From: a virus
Taxonomy: Duplodnaviria > Caudoviricetes
Length of the DNA: 24,207 bases
Reading direction: 5' to 3' (one strand)
Virus record (IMG/VR): IMGVR_UViG_3300038393_000858
Location: 1-24,207 of that record
In this document: piece after piece, positions 1 to 8,269 of the stretch
Position numbering within the stretch: position 1 is the stretch's first letter
Layout of the letters: each line of letters starts with the position of its first letter
Position numbers and translations under genes: made by a program
Notes under the pieces: model-generated
What the model was told of the DNA's origin: nothing
What the model saw: only the letters and a program-made list of their open reading frames with translations
Databases searched by the model: none

Positions 1-42
1 GCCGGGCGGTAAAAAATAACCACAGTAAGGAGGATCGATGCG

Positions 43-120
43 ATGACTCAGAAAAAACCGAACCCACCGCCCGCTGGACGGAGGCCGCCGCCACCGCCAG
101 CGCCGCCGCCTCGCAAATAA
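43..120 (+). CDS. 25-aa proline-rich cationic peptide (MTQKKPNPPPAGRRPPPPPAPPPRK)
   Basis: Strong SD AAGGAGG at 27-33, ATG at 43, TAA at 118-120. Below the ORF-track size cutoff; translated by hand. Confidence 0.55.
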   Translation: MTQKKPNPPPAGRRPPPPPAPPPRK

Positions 121-121
121 C

Positions 122-170
122 GTCTCACTTTTTCTGGAATTGAGACAGGCGCGTCGCTACCCTTGGCGGC
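122..170 (+). promoter_or_regulatory. Palindromic activator site GTCTCA-N13-TGAGAC plus -10-like TACCCT; candidate leaderless late promoter 1
   Basis: GTCTCA 122-127, TGAGAC 141-146, TACCCT 158-163, ATG 171 with no SD. Near-identical copy at 4992-5040 with the same spacing. Confidence 0.7.
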
Positions 171-386
171 ATGGCCCTCACCCAAGCAGACCTTGACGCG
201 CTCGACAAAGCAATCGCCTCCGGCACCCTGGAGGTCGAGTTTGACGGGCGCCGCCAGAAGTTCCAGACCACCGCCTCGCTGATCGAGGCGCGCAACCACG
301 TTGCGCGCGTGCTCAACCAGGGAGCGAGCCAAAATCGCGGCCCGCAGGTGTTCCGCTTCGGCTTCACCACCACGCGGGGCTTCTGA
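171..386 (+). CDS. gpW-like head completion / head-tail joining protein
   Basis: 71 aa, LDALDKAIASG..V.FDGR pattern, directly upstream of a lambda-type portal with a TGATG overlap. Confidence 0.8.
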   Translation: MALTQADLDALDKAIASGTLEVEFDGRRQKFQTTASLIEARNHVARVLNQGASQNRGPQVFRFGFTTTRGF

Positions 387-1867
387 TGGCCAACCTGATC
401 GACCGCGTCATCAGCTGGGTCAATCCGCACGCCGGGCTGGCGCGCCACTACGCGCGCCAGCAGCTGGCGCGTGCCTACGAGGCGGCCAGTCCGCGCGACT
501 CGTGGAAGCCGCGCCGCGGCGGCGCCAGCGCCAACGCCGACCACCACGCCGACGCCAAGGCGATGCGCGAGAAGGCGCGCGCGCTGGTGCAGAACGTCCC
601 CTACATCAGCGCCGCGCTCGACACCTTGGCCGCCGACACGATCGGCACCGGCATCATGGTGCGCGCCACCGGCGCCGAGAAGGACAAGATCAACAAGCTG
701 TTCGCCGAGTGGGCCAAGGTGTGCGACGCCGACCGCCGCCTCGACTACTTCGGCCTGGTCAAGGTCGCCTACACCGCGATGGAGCAGGACGGCGAGGTGC
801 TGGTGCGGCTGCGCCCGCGCCGCACAAGCGACGGCCTGCCGGTACCGCTGCAGCTGCAGGTGCTCGAGATCGACTGGCTCGACAGCACCCGGATGGGCGG
901 CTACAACGGCAACACGATCATCAACGGCATCGAATACGACGCGCTTGGCGCGGTCGCGGCCTACTGGCTGTGGGACCAGCACCCTGGCGACACCGCCCTG
1001 ATCCGCGGTCGCAAGATCCAGAGCTCGCGCGTGCCGGCGCAGTACATCATCCACCTGTTTAACCCGAAGCGCCCGGGGCAGGGGCGCGGCTTCACCCGCT
1101 TCGCGCCGATCATCACGCGCACCCGCGACACCCAGGTGTACGAGGACGCTGAGCTGGGCCGCAAGAACCTCGAGGCGCGCCTGTCGGTGCTGGCCAGCGG
1201 CGACACCAGTGCGCTCGAGAACCCGGCCGCCGCGCCGGGCGCGGGCAATGGCGTCAAGGACCTCGGCGAGCTGGCGGGCGGCGCCATCTTCGGCCTGCCG
1301 GCTGGACTGAACTTCACCGTGGTCGAGCCGAAGGCGGCGCCCGGCTACGTCGACTACATCAAGCTGCAGCTGCACATCATCTCGGCGGCGATCGGCGTGC
1401 CGTACGAGTGCATCACCGGCGACATGTCGGAAGTGAACTTCTCCAGCGCGCGCGTGCGCATGCTCAACTACCGGCGCCAGGTCCAGCAGACTCAGTGGCT
1501 GGTGCTGGTGCCGCTGCTGCTGGTGCCGATCCACAGCGCCTTCATCGAGTACGCCTACCTGGCCGGCAAGCTGCGCGGCACCGACAAGGCGGTCGACTTC
1601 AGCATGCCCAAGTGGGACTACGTCAACCCCGAGCAGGAGGTCAAGGCCGACCAGGCCGAGATCGCCGCCGGCCTGTCGACCCCGAGCGAGAAGCTGCGCC
1701 AGCGCGGCTACGACCCGAATACCGTGTTCGCCGAGCTGGCCGCCGACATCAAGAAGTTCAAGGAGCTGGGCATCTTCGACGCGCTGATGTTCATGCAGCG
1801 CGGGAACATGCCCACGGCCACGGTCGACGGCAACGGGACCGACACCAAGGCTACCACCAACCCCTAA
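386..1867 (+). CDS. Phage portal protein, lambda family
   Basis: 493 aa with lambda gpB-like motifs (YEAA, R..AR.LV.N, DGEV, IIH.F..RPGQ.RG, GVPYE.ITGD.S.VNFSSAR, W.YV.P.QE). Confidence 0.95.
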   Translation: MANLIDRVISWVNPHAGLARHYARQQLARAYEAASPRDSWKPRRGGASANADHHADAKAMREKARALVQNVPYISAALDTLAADTIGTGIMVRATGAEKDKINKLFAEWAKVCDADRRLDYFGLVKVAYTAMEQDGEVLVRLRPRRTSDGLPVPLQLQVLEIDWLDSTRMGGYNGNTIINGIEYDALGAVAAYWLWDQHPGDTALIRGRKIQSSRVPAQYIIHLFNPKRPGQGRGFTRFAPIITRTRDTQVYEDAELGRKNLEARLSVLASGDTSALENPAAAPGAGNGVKDLGELAGGAIFGLPAGLNFTVVEPKAAPGYVDYIKLQLHIISAAIGVPYECITGDMSEVNFSSARVRMLNYRRQVQQTQWLVLVPLLLVPIHSAFIEYAYLAGKLRGTDKAVDFSMPKWDYVNPEQEVKADQAEIAAGLSTPSEKLRQRGYDPNTVFAELAADIKKFKELGIFDALMFMQRGNMPTATVDGNGTDTKATTNP

Positions 1868-1885
1868 CGCAAGACGAGGCAACCC

Positions 1886-2524
1886 ATGTCCGGACCAACC
1901 GATTACGCACAAAACAAGATCAAGGACGCGCTGTGGCGCGGCCAGGCGCTCGGCGCGCCGGCGACCTACTATTTCGCGCTGATCACCGCCAGCCGCGGCG
2001 AACGCGCCAACAGCACCGCCTACGCGCTGAACGACACCATCGTCGTCAAGATCGGCGCCAAGTACTCGTTCTACAAGTGCACCACCGCCGGCAACTCCGC
2101 TGCTGCGCTGCCTGGCTATGCCGGCGCCGTCGGCGAGGCGATCAACGACGGCACGGCCGTCTTCACCGAGCAGACCGTCGCGCTGGACGCCGGCAGCGTC
2201 ACCGAGGTGGCCGGCGGCGCCTACGCGCGCGCCAGCCTGGCCGCGTCGCTGGCCAACTTCGCCGGCACCCAGGGCGCCGGCTCGACCACCGCGTCGAGCG
2301 GCACCGACGGCTCGACCTCGAACAACACCGCGATCACCTGGCCGACCCCGACCGGCCAGTGGCATCCGGCCGGCGGCGCGGTCGTCGGCGTGGTCGCGTT
2401 CGATGCGGCCAATGCCGGCAACGCCTGGCACTGGGCGCTGCTGGCCGCGCCGAAGAACATCAACAACGGCGACCCGGCGCCCAGCATCGCCGCCGGCGCC
2501 TGGACCGACAAGCTGGGGAACTAG
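1886..2524 (+). CDS. Putative virion fibre subunit with an inserted small carbohydrate-binding-like module
   Basis: 212 aa. TDY..NK..D.L.R, EV.GG.YAR, SN...I.WP.PT..W and FDA..AGN motifs resemble phage fibre structural proteins. Insert reads ANSTAYALND..YKCTTAG..DGTAVF. Confidence 0.6.
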   Translation: MSGPTDYAQNKIKDALWRGQALGAPATYYFALITASRGERANSTAYALNDTIVVKIGAKYSFYKCTTAGNSAAALPGYAGAVGEAINDGTAVFTEQTVALDAGSVTEVAGGAYARASLAASLANFAGTQGAGSTTASSGTDGSTSNNTAITWPTPTGQWHPAGGAVVGVVAFDAANAGNAWHWALLAAPKNINNGDPAPSIAAGAWTDKLGN

Positions 2525-2950
2525 ATGACGCCCGAGCAGCAAGCGGAGCTGCGCGCCGCGGCGCGCGCCAACCCGGAGTGCGCGGCGGCACTGGCCGCCC
2601 GGGACTGCGCGACCTTGGCCGCGCTGCTGTCGCCTGGCCGCACCCGCGCCAACGCGCGCGAGATCGGCAACGGCACCATCCTCGACACGCTCGGCCTGGC
2701 GGCCGGCACCGCCTTCCTCGATGTCATCACCAACGACGCCCAGTTCCGCTATGTCAAGCCGTTGATCGAGCAGGGCCGCCTGCTGATCGGCTCGGCGCTG
2801 GTGCAGCAGACCGTGCAGGGCTTCGCGGCGACCGGCGTGCTGACCCAGGCGCAGGCCGACTCGCTGTGCGCGCTCGGGCAGGAGCCCGATCCCGTGACGC
2901 CGCAGGAAGTCGCGGCGGCGCTGTTCAACCCGGACGGGAGCGAACGCTAA
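2525..2950 (+). CDS. Hypothetical phage protein (fibre module)
   Basis: 141 aa, abuts the previous stop (TAG|ATG), phage-like codon usage. Confidence 0.7.
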   Translation: MTPEQQAELRAAARANPECAAALAARDCATLAALLSPGRTRANAREIGNGTILDTLGLAAGTAFLDVITNDAQFRYVKPLIEQGRLLIGSALVQQTVQGFAATGVLTQAQADSLCALGQEPDPVTPQEVAAALFNPDGSER

Positions 2951-3325
2951 ATGGCACTCACCAAGACACCCGTCACCGTCCTCGCCAGCGGCACCTCCGC
3001 CGCCGCCGGCAGCACCAAGGCGGCGCCGGGCGCCGACAGCGGCGCGATCGACGTGCGCGGCCATTACGGCAGCCTCCTCGGCTGGAAGATCACCAACGGC
3101 GCCAGTGCGCCGGGCGTCGCGCCGACGCTGACGATCCAGGTCTCCCATGACGCCAGCAAGTGGTACGACTACTGGAATGTGGGCGGCGACACGGTGGCAT
3201 CGAGCGTCAACAGCAATGCGATTGCGATCGAGCGCGCCGTCATGTATGTGCGCGTGATCGTCTACGGCAACACCACCAACGCCGTCACGGTCGAAGCCTA
3301 CCTGCAAGCCGTCACGGGGCTGTAA
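2951..3325 (+). CDS. Hypothetical beta-rich (jelly-roll-like) virion protein
   Basis: 124 aa, TAA|ATG junction, beta-strand pattern with IQVSHD..WYD and YVRV motifs. Confidence 0.65.
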   Translation: MALTKTPVTVLASGTSAAAGSTKAAPGADSGAIDVRGHYGSLLGWKITNGASAPGVAPTLTIQVSHDASKWYDYWNVGGDTVASSVNSNAIAIERAVMYVRVIVYGNTTNAVTVEAYLQAVTGL

Positions 3326-4639
3326 GTGCCCGGCATGCGCTACCAGCCGCAGGGGCGGGTCCGGATCGACCGCAGCCACCCGCTCGCCCGCGGGCTGGTA
3401 TTCGCCTGGGTCCCCGCCAGCGAGCCGCTGCTGCGCTCGGGCAATCCAGCACGTAGCGCCACGCCCAGCGGCGCGGGCATCGTGACCGACGGCAGCGCCT
3501 ACCTGTACCAGAATGCCGCCCCGGGCTTCTCGCTGGACGAGTGCTCGCTCACAGCGATCCTGACGCCGGCCAACTTCGACCAGAGCAGCGTCTATGCGGT
3601 CGGCTGCGGCAGCAGCAGCAACAGCACGCCGCTGTTCCTGCTCGGGCAGGGCGCGACGGCGCGCCAGCTCGCCTTTCGCACCCGCGACAGCGGGAACGCG
3701 GATGTGGTCACGGCGGCCACATCGTCAGCATGGCAAAACCAGGCGACCGCGCTCGTCAGCGGCACGCGCTCGCTGACGAGCGGCAGGCAGCGCTTGTACC
3801 TGCAGGGGGCGGAGCTGGCCAACAGCACCGTCAGCGCCGCCGCCGCGACGAGCTTCGACCGGCTGGCCATCGGCGGCCTGTTGCGCTCGAGTTTCGCCCT
3901 GGGCTTCTCCGGCACGACCAGCCTCGTGCTGGTCCACAACCGGGCGCTGTCGGCTGCCGAACAAATGGCCTTGGCGAGCAACCCGTGGCAAGTGTTCGCC
4001 GCGCCGGAACCGGATGCCGAGCCACTGGCGGCACCGGATTTCGGGGGCACCGCCCCTGCCGCGTCGCCGACCGAGGCCGCTGCCAGCCTGGCCACCCAGG
4101 TGGCCCTGTCGGCAGCAACGCCAAGCCAGGTCGGCGCGACGGCCGCGCTGGACACTGCAGTCGCGCTGTCGGTGCCGGTCGCGTATGCGCCGGCGCAGGC
4201 CAGCGTGGCACTGGTGACCGGGCTCGCCTGCGCCGCCGCCAGCACCAGCGCCGCCGGTGCTGCCGCCACGCTCGTCACCCAAACCATCCTCGCCGCCGAT
4301 GCGGCAACCGGAACACTGGCGCAAGCGGGATTGACTCAGTTCCAGCAGCTGGCCGCCGCGGCTGGCGAGCCATGGACGGCGGCGGCGGCGCTGTCCACCC
4401 AGATCTTGCTCGACGCCGCTGCTGGCGCGGCTGCCGCCGGCCTGGCCGCGGCGCCGCAGGCGGCACTGTCGACCTTGATCGTCCTGGCCGCGTCCAGCCG
4501 GGTGCAGGTGGCGGCCGGCGCCGCGCTCGCCGTTACCGCGGACGGCGTCGCCGCCGGCGTGCTGTTCAAGCTGCCGGCCGAGGAGCGGATCTACCGCGAG
4601 CGCGCCGAGGACCGCATCTACCGCGCCCCGGCGGCCTAA
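3326..4639 (+). CDS. LamG/concanavalin-like jelly-roll domain plus Ala-rich repeat stalk; putative fibre/adhesin
   Basis: 437 aa (GTG 3326 or ATG 3335). Has RLY..G and HNRALS.AE...L..NPWQ LamG-like motifs, then about 8 A.L.T...L repeats and a duplicated AE.RIYR tail. Confidence 0.65.
   Translation: MPGMRYQPQGRVRIDRSHPLARGLVFAWVPASEPLLRSGNPARSATPSGAGIVTDGSAYLYQNAAPGFSLDECSLTAILTPANFDQSSVYAVGCGSSSNSTPLFLLGQGATARQLAFRTRDSGNADVVTAATSSAWQNQATALVSGTRSLTSGRQRLYLQGAELANSTVSAAAATSFDRLAIGGLLRSSFALGFSGTTSLVLVHNRALSAAEQMALASNPWQVFAAPEPDAEPLAAPDFGGTAPAASPTEAAASLATQVALSAATPSQVGATAALDTAVALSVPVAYAPAQASVALVTGLACAAASTSAAGAAATLVTQTILAADAATGTLAQAGLTQFQQLAAAAGEPWTAAAALSTQILLDAAAGAAAAGLAAAPQAALSTLIVLAASSRVQVAAGAALAVTADGVAAGVLFKLPAEERIYRERAEDRIYRAPAA
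4577..4627 (+). repeat. 27-bp imperfect tandem repeat encoding AEERIYRER / AEDRIYRA
   Basis: gccgaggagcggatctaccgcg at 4577 and gccgaggaccgcatctaccgcg at 4604. Confidence 0.8.
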
Positions 4640-4661
4640 CGAATCAGCAAGGAGCAACCGA

Positions 4662-4976
4662 ATGCGCACCGAAACCTACTTCGTCATCAACGGCAAGCTG
4701 AGCATCTACAAGACGCCCGGCGCGCGGCTCCTCTACGGCATCGACCTGGCCGACTGGCTGGCCAAGACCGGGTCGCAGCTCGACAGCGTCACGGCCGCCG
4801 TGGCAGGGGTCACACTCGACGGTCCTGCGTTCGTTGACGGCACCCAGGTTTGCGCGTGGATCCAGGGGCTGGACGAGGCCGAGGGCGCGGTCAACACGTG
4901 CACCTTCACGTTCATCTGCACCGACGGCAAGAGCACCGATTCGCGCACGATCCACTTCCTCAAGCGGCCCAGTTAA
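4662..4976 (+). CDS. Putative fibre adaptor protein (Ig-like)
   Basis: 104 aa with SD AAGGAG. K.P...L.Y.IDL.DWL, W..G and T......D.RTI.F pattern typical of small phage fibre adaptors. Confidence 0.6.
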   Translation: MRTETYFVINGKLSIYKTPGARLLYGIDLADWLAKTGSQLDSVTAAVAGVTLDGPAFVDGTQVCAWIQGLDEAEGAVNTCTFTFICTDGKSTDSRTIHFLKRPS

Positions 4977-4991
4977 CCGGTCCTGAAAATC

Positions 4992-5040
4992 GTCTCAGTT
5001 TTTCTGGAATTGAGACAAGGCAATCCGCAGAATGCGTTGC
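4992..5040 (+). promoter_or_regulatory. Palindromic site GTCTCA-N13-TGAGAC plus -10-like CAGAAT; candidate leaderless late promoter 2
   Basis: GTCTCA 4992-4997, TGAGAC 5011-5016, CAGAAT 5028-5033, ATG 5041. 24 of 25 nt match 122-146. Confidence 0.7.
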
Positions 5041-7152
5041 ATGACAACGCCTTCCACTGCGCAGAGCGCGCCACCTGACGCCAGCGGCACCAGGAACATG
5101 CCGGTGATGAACCGTGCAGCGGTGCTGCAGCCGTCCACCTTCAACGAAGCGGACAACACGGTCGACCTGGTCTGGACGAATTCCGGCGCCCTGGTGCGGC
5201 GGTATGACTGGTACCGGGATACCTATTACGACGAGGAACTGGTGGTCGCGCCCGAAGCGGTCGACATGACCCGCTTCGAGGCCGGTGTCGTGCAGGTCCT
5301 CGACAATCATCCGCAGCAGCGCTACGGCTCGAACGGCGTGGCATCGATCATCGGCATCGCCACCAAAGGCAGTATCAGCGATGGCGAGGGGCGTGCGACC
5401 ATCCGCCTCGCGACCCGTCCGGAAATGGCGGGCATCGTCGCCGATGTCAGGGCCGGCATCATCCGGTCCATCAGCTTTGGCTACAACATCACGCGAGTGG
5501 AGATTGTTCGCGCAGCGGACCGCACTGACGGCGTGAACGATGTGCCGCTGTACCGCGCAATCAGGTGGGAGCCGTACGAAATCAGCTTCGTCACGATCCC
5601 GGCTGACGCCAACGCCAGCACGCGCAGCCAGCAGCAGCCGCAGGGCGGCATGCCGTGCCAGTTCATCACCCGGGCGCCCGCCCAACCGTCTCAACCTTCA
5701 CAGGAACCTTCCATGACTATTGCAACCCAGACGGGCGCATCGACCACCGCGCCGAACGACACCACCCGCAGCGCACCGGCGGCAGGCGGTACGGGTGACA
5801 CCACGACCACCACGACCACGACCGCAGCGACCGGGGGCGACGACGCCGCCACCCGCGCCGCCCAGGAGGCCGCGACCCGCGCCGCCGACATCACCGACCT
5901 GTGCGCGCGCCACCACGTCGCCCACCTCGCCGCCGGCCTGATCCGCAGCGGCAATTCGGTCGACCAGGCGCGCGCCGCCGTGCTGGCCGAGATCGAGCGT
6001 AACGCCAACCCGGGCACCGGCAACCGCAACGTGCGCGTGCAGACCGTCAGCGACGAGCACGAGACCCGCATGGCCGGCATCACCGAGGCGATCATGCACC
6101 GCGTGAACGCGCGCGCCCAGCTGACCGACAACGGCCGCCAGTACCGCAGCTTCACGATGCTGGAGCTGGGCCGCGAGCTGCTCGAGTCGTGTGGCGTCAA
6201 CACGCGCGGCATGGACCGCCTGCGCCTGGCCACCGAGATGCTGCAGTTCCGCTCCGGCATGTACACGACCACCGACTTCGCTCAGCTGTTCGCCAACGTC
6301 GCCAACAACCGCCTGCGCAACGCCTACGACGAGAACCCCGGCACCTACGGCCTGTGGGCGCGCCGCGCGCCGAATGCGCCGGACTTCAAGAACATCCAGG
6401 TGACCCAGCTGTCGGGCGCGCCGGACCTGCTGCAGACCAACGAGCACGGCGAATTCAAGTACGGCTCGATGACCGACGGCGCCGAGACCTACAAGATGCT
6501 GACCTACGGGCGCATCGTCGGCCTGTCGCGCCAGGCCATCATCAACGACGACCTGCGCGGCTTCGACCGCCTGGTGGCCGCGTTCGGCAACAGCAGCCGC
6601 CGGCTGGAAAACCGCCTGGTCTACAGCCAGCTGACCGCCAACGCCAACCTGGCCGACGGCGTCGCCCTGTTCGAAGCCAACACCCACAAGAACCTCGGCA
6701 CCGGCGCCGGCTCGGCGCTGCAGTTCTCGGCGCTGACCGCGATGCGCGCGGCGATGCGGGTCCAGAAGGGCCTGCAGGGCGAGGAGCTGAACCTGGCGCC
6801 GGCCTACCTGATCGTGCCGGCCGCGCTCGAGCAGACCGCCTACCAGCTGACCAGCTCCAACTACGTGCCGGCCAAGCAGGCCGACGTCAACGAATTCCGC
6901 ACCGGCGGGCGCACCTCGCTCGAGCCGATCATCGAGCCGATCCTCGACGCCATCAGCGCCACCGCCTGGTATGCGGCCAGCAGCAGCGGCCAGATCGACA
7001 CCATCGAGTACTGCTACCTGGACGGCGCCGAAGGCCCGGTCATCGAGAGCGAAGTCGGCTTCGAGGTCGACGGCCTGTCGTACAAGTGCCGCCTCGACTT
7101 CGCCGCCAAGGCGATCGACTACCGCGGCCTGTACAAGGCGGCCGGCGCCTGA
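5041..7152 (+). CDS. Prohead protease / scaffold / major capsid fusion protein
   Basis: N-terminal HK97-type protease motifs (VLDNH, SISFGY, WEPYEISFV.IPAD), a Thr-rich linker and a C-terminal Mu gpT-like capsid domain (DF.., TYGR...SRQAIINDDL, YLDG.EGP, DF.AKAIDYRG). Start set to 5041 from promoter geometry; the ORF track gives 5032. Confidence 0.92.
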   Translation: MTTPSTAQSAPPDASGTRNMPVMNRAAVLQPSTFNEADNTVDLVWTNSGALVRRYDWYRDTYYDEELVVAPEAVDMTRFEAGVVQVLDNHPQQRYGSNGVASIIGIATKGSISDGEGRATIRLATRPEMAGIVADVRAGIIRSISFGYNITRVEIVRAADRTDGVNDVPLYRAIRWEPYEISFVTIPADANASTRSQQQPQGGMPCQFITRAPAQPSQPSQEPSMTIATQTGASTTAPNDTTRSAPAAGGTGDTTTTTTTTAATGGDDAATRAAQEAATRAADITDLCARHHVAHLAAGLIRSGNSVDQARAAVLAEIERNANPGTGNRNVRVQTVSDEHETRMAGITEAIMHRVNARAQLTDNGRQYRSFTMLELGRELLESCGVNTRGMDRLRLATEMLQFRSGMYTTTDFAQLFANVANNRLRNAYDENPGTYGLWARRAPNAPDFKNIQVTQLSGAPDLLQTNEHGEFKYGSMTDGAETYKMLTYGRIVGLSRQAIINDDLRGFDRLVAAFGNSSRRLENRLVYSQLTANANLADGVALFEANTHKNLGTGAGSALQFSALTAMRAAMRVQKGLQGEELNLAPAYLIVPAALEQTAYQLTSSNYVPAKQADVNEFRTGGRTSLEPIIEPILDAISATAWYAASSSGQIDTIEYCYLDGAEGPVIESEVGFEVDGLSYKCRLDFAAKAIDYRGLYKAAGA

Positions 7153-7201
7153 TCCGGCTTTGTCGCGGCAACCGCTCAACCCCTAACCGAGGAATTCGGA
7201 C

Positions 7202-7534
7202 ATGAAGAATTTTGTGCAATCCGGTGAGGTGCTCACCGTCACCGCGCCCTACGCCGTCACCGGCGGCCAGGGCGTACTGGTCGGCGCGCTGTTCGGCGTC
7301 GCCACCTGCGACGCCGCCAACGGCGCGTCCGTGGAGATCGTCCCCGAAGGCGTGTTCGACATCACCGCGCTGACTACCGACGTCGGCACCCAGGGCGCCA
7401 AGATGTACTGGGACAACGTCAATCGCCGCCTGACCACCACTGCCGCCGGCAATACGCTGGTCGGTGCGCTGACGGTGGCCAAGGGCGGCGCCGATACCAC
7501 CGCGCGCGTGTACCTCGACGGCGTGATCCGCTAA
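7202..7534 (+). CDS. DUF2190-family capsid cement/decoration protein
   Basis: 110 aa, MKNFVQ.G..L.. start, G...GVA, EGVF and YWD motifs, SD GAGG, directly after the capsid gene. Confidence 0.85.
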   Translation: MKNFVQSGEVLTVTAPYAVTGGQGVLVGALFGVATCDAANGASVEIVPEGVFDITALTTDVGTQGAKMYWDNVNRRLTTTAAGNTLVGALTVAKGGADTTARVYLDGVIR

Positions 7535-7536
7535 CC

Positions 7537-7836
7537 GTGACGAGCTTCGCCGCCCTGATGACCATGACGAACGCCAGCGTGCTCGCGCACCTGGCCAACG
7601 CCACCGTGCGGATCGGCGGCGTCGACGTGCCCGGCCTGTTCACCGACCCGAGCTCCGTCGCCGCGCTCGGCGCCGGCATGGCCGACACCCGCCCGTCGGT
7701 GGTGGTTGACGCCGCCGCCGTGCCCGACGCGCCGGAAGGCCAGTTGCTCGAAGTCGACGGGGTGCCGTACGCGATCGGCACCCCGGAGCCGGACGGCACC
7801 GGGCTCGTGCGCCTGCCGCTGGAGCGGGTGCAGTGA
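7537..7836 (+). CDS. Head-tail joining protein (gpFII-like)
   Basis: 99 aa, GTG start, C-terminal EPDGTG...L.L motif, expected synteny. Confidence 0.65.
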   Translation: MTSFAALMTMTNASVLAHLANATVRIGGVDVPGLFTDPSSVAALGAGMADTRPSVVVDAAAVPDAPEGQLLEVDGVPYAIGTPEPDGTGLVRLPLERVQ

Positions 7837-8267
7837 CGACCGCGTTCGCCCAAGTCGTCGGCGCGGTGATCGCCGCGCTGCAGGCCGCGCCGGCCGTGTG
7901 CGACCCGATCTACCGCGCGCGCACGACGCCGGTGCCGGACTCGGTCGATCAGGCCATCAGCGTGCAGTGGAACAAGGCCCAGGCGCAGCCGTCCACGATC
8001 TTTGGCGCGCCGCTCGACTGGCAGACCGTGCTGACGGTGGAGTGCTACGCGCGCAGCGTGCGCGACGCCAGCGGCGACCTCGCGGTCGACCCGCTGCTGC
8101 AGGCGGTGTACGCGCGCCTGGCGCAGGACACCACGCTCGGCGGGCTGGTCGATGACTTGTACATCGCCGAGGTCGAGGCCGAGAACAACAGCGAAGGCAA
8201 GAAAAACGGGTGGGTGCGCCTGACCTACGTCGCCGTCCACCGAACCAGCAATTCAACCCTGGAGTAA
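7833..8267 (+). CDS. Tail completion / terminator-like protein
   Basis: 144 aa, D.LL..VY..L..D.TLGGLV motif, GTGA overlap, position before the tail tube. Confidence 0.65.
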   Translation: MTTAFAQVVGAVIAALQAAPAVCDPIYRARTTPVPDSVDQAISVQWNKAQAQPSTIFGAPLDWQTVLTVECYARSVRDASGDLAVDPLLQAVYARLAQDTTLGGLVDDLYIAEVEAENNSEGKKNGWVRLTYVAVHRTSNSTLE

Positions 8268-8269
8268 CC

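Noticed and set aside
125-3379. 1084-aa minus-strand ORF and similar long antisense ORFs (5698-7179, 8225-9478, 11708-14359, 15424-16944)
   Set aside because: Shadow frames of GC3-rich + strand genes; Arg/Gly/Ala-rich with no motifs.
5800-5825. ACC/ACG run as a possible contingency repeat
   Set aside because: In-frame mixed Thr codons in a flexible linker, not a phase-variable tract.
1858-7187. CAACCCCTAAC repeated at 1858-1868 and 7177-7187 upstream of starts
   Set aside because: Most simply unstructured A/C-rich ribosome-loading leaders; too short to claim a specific site.
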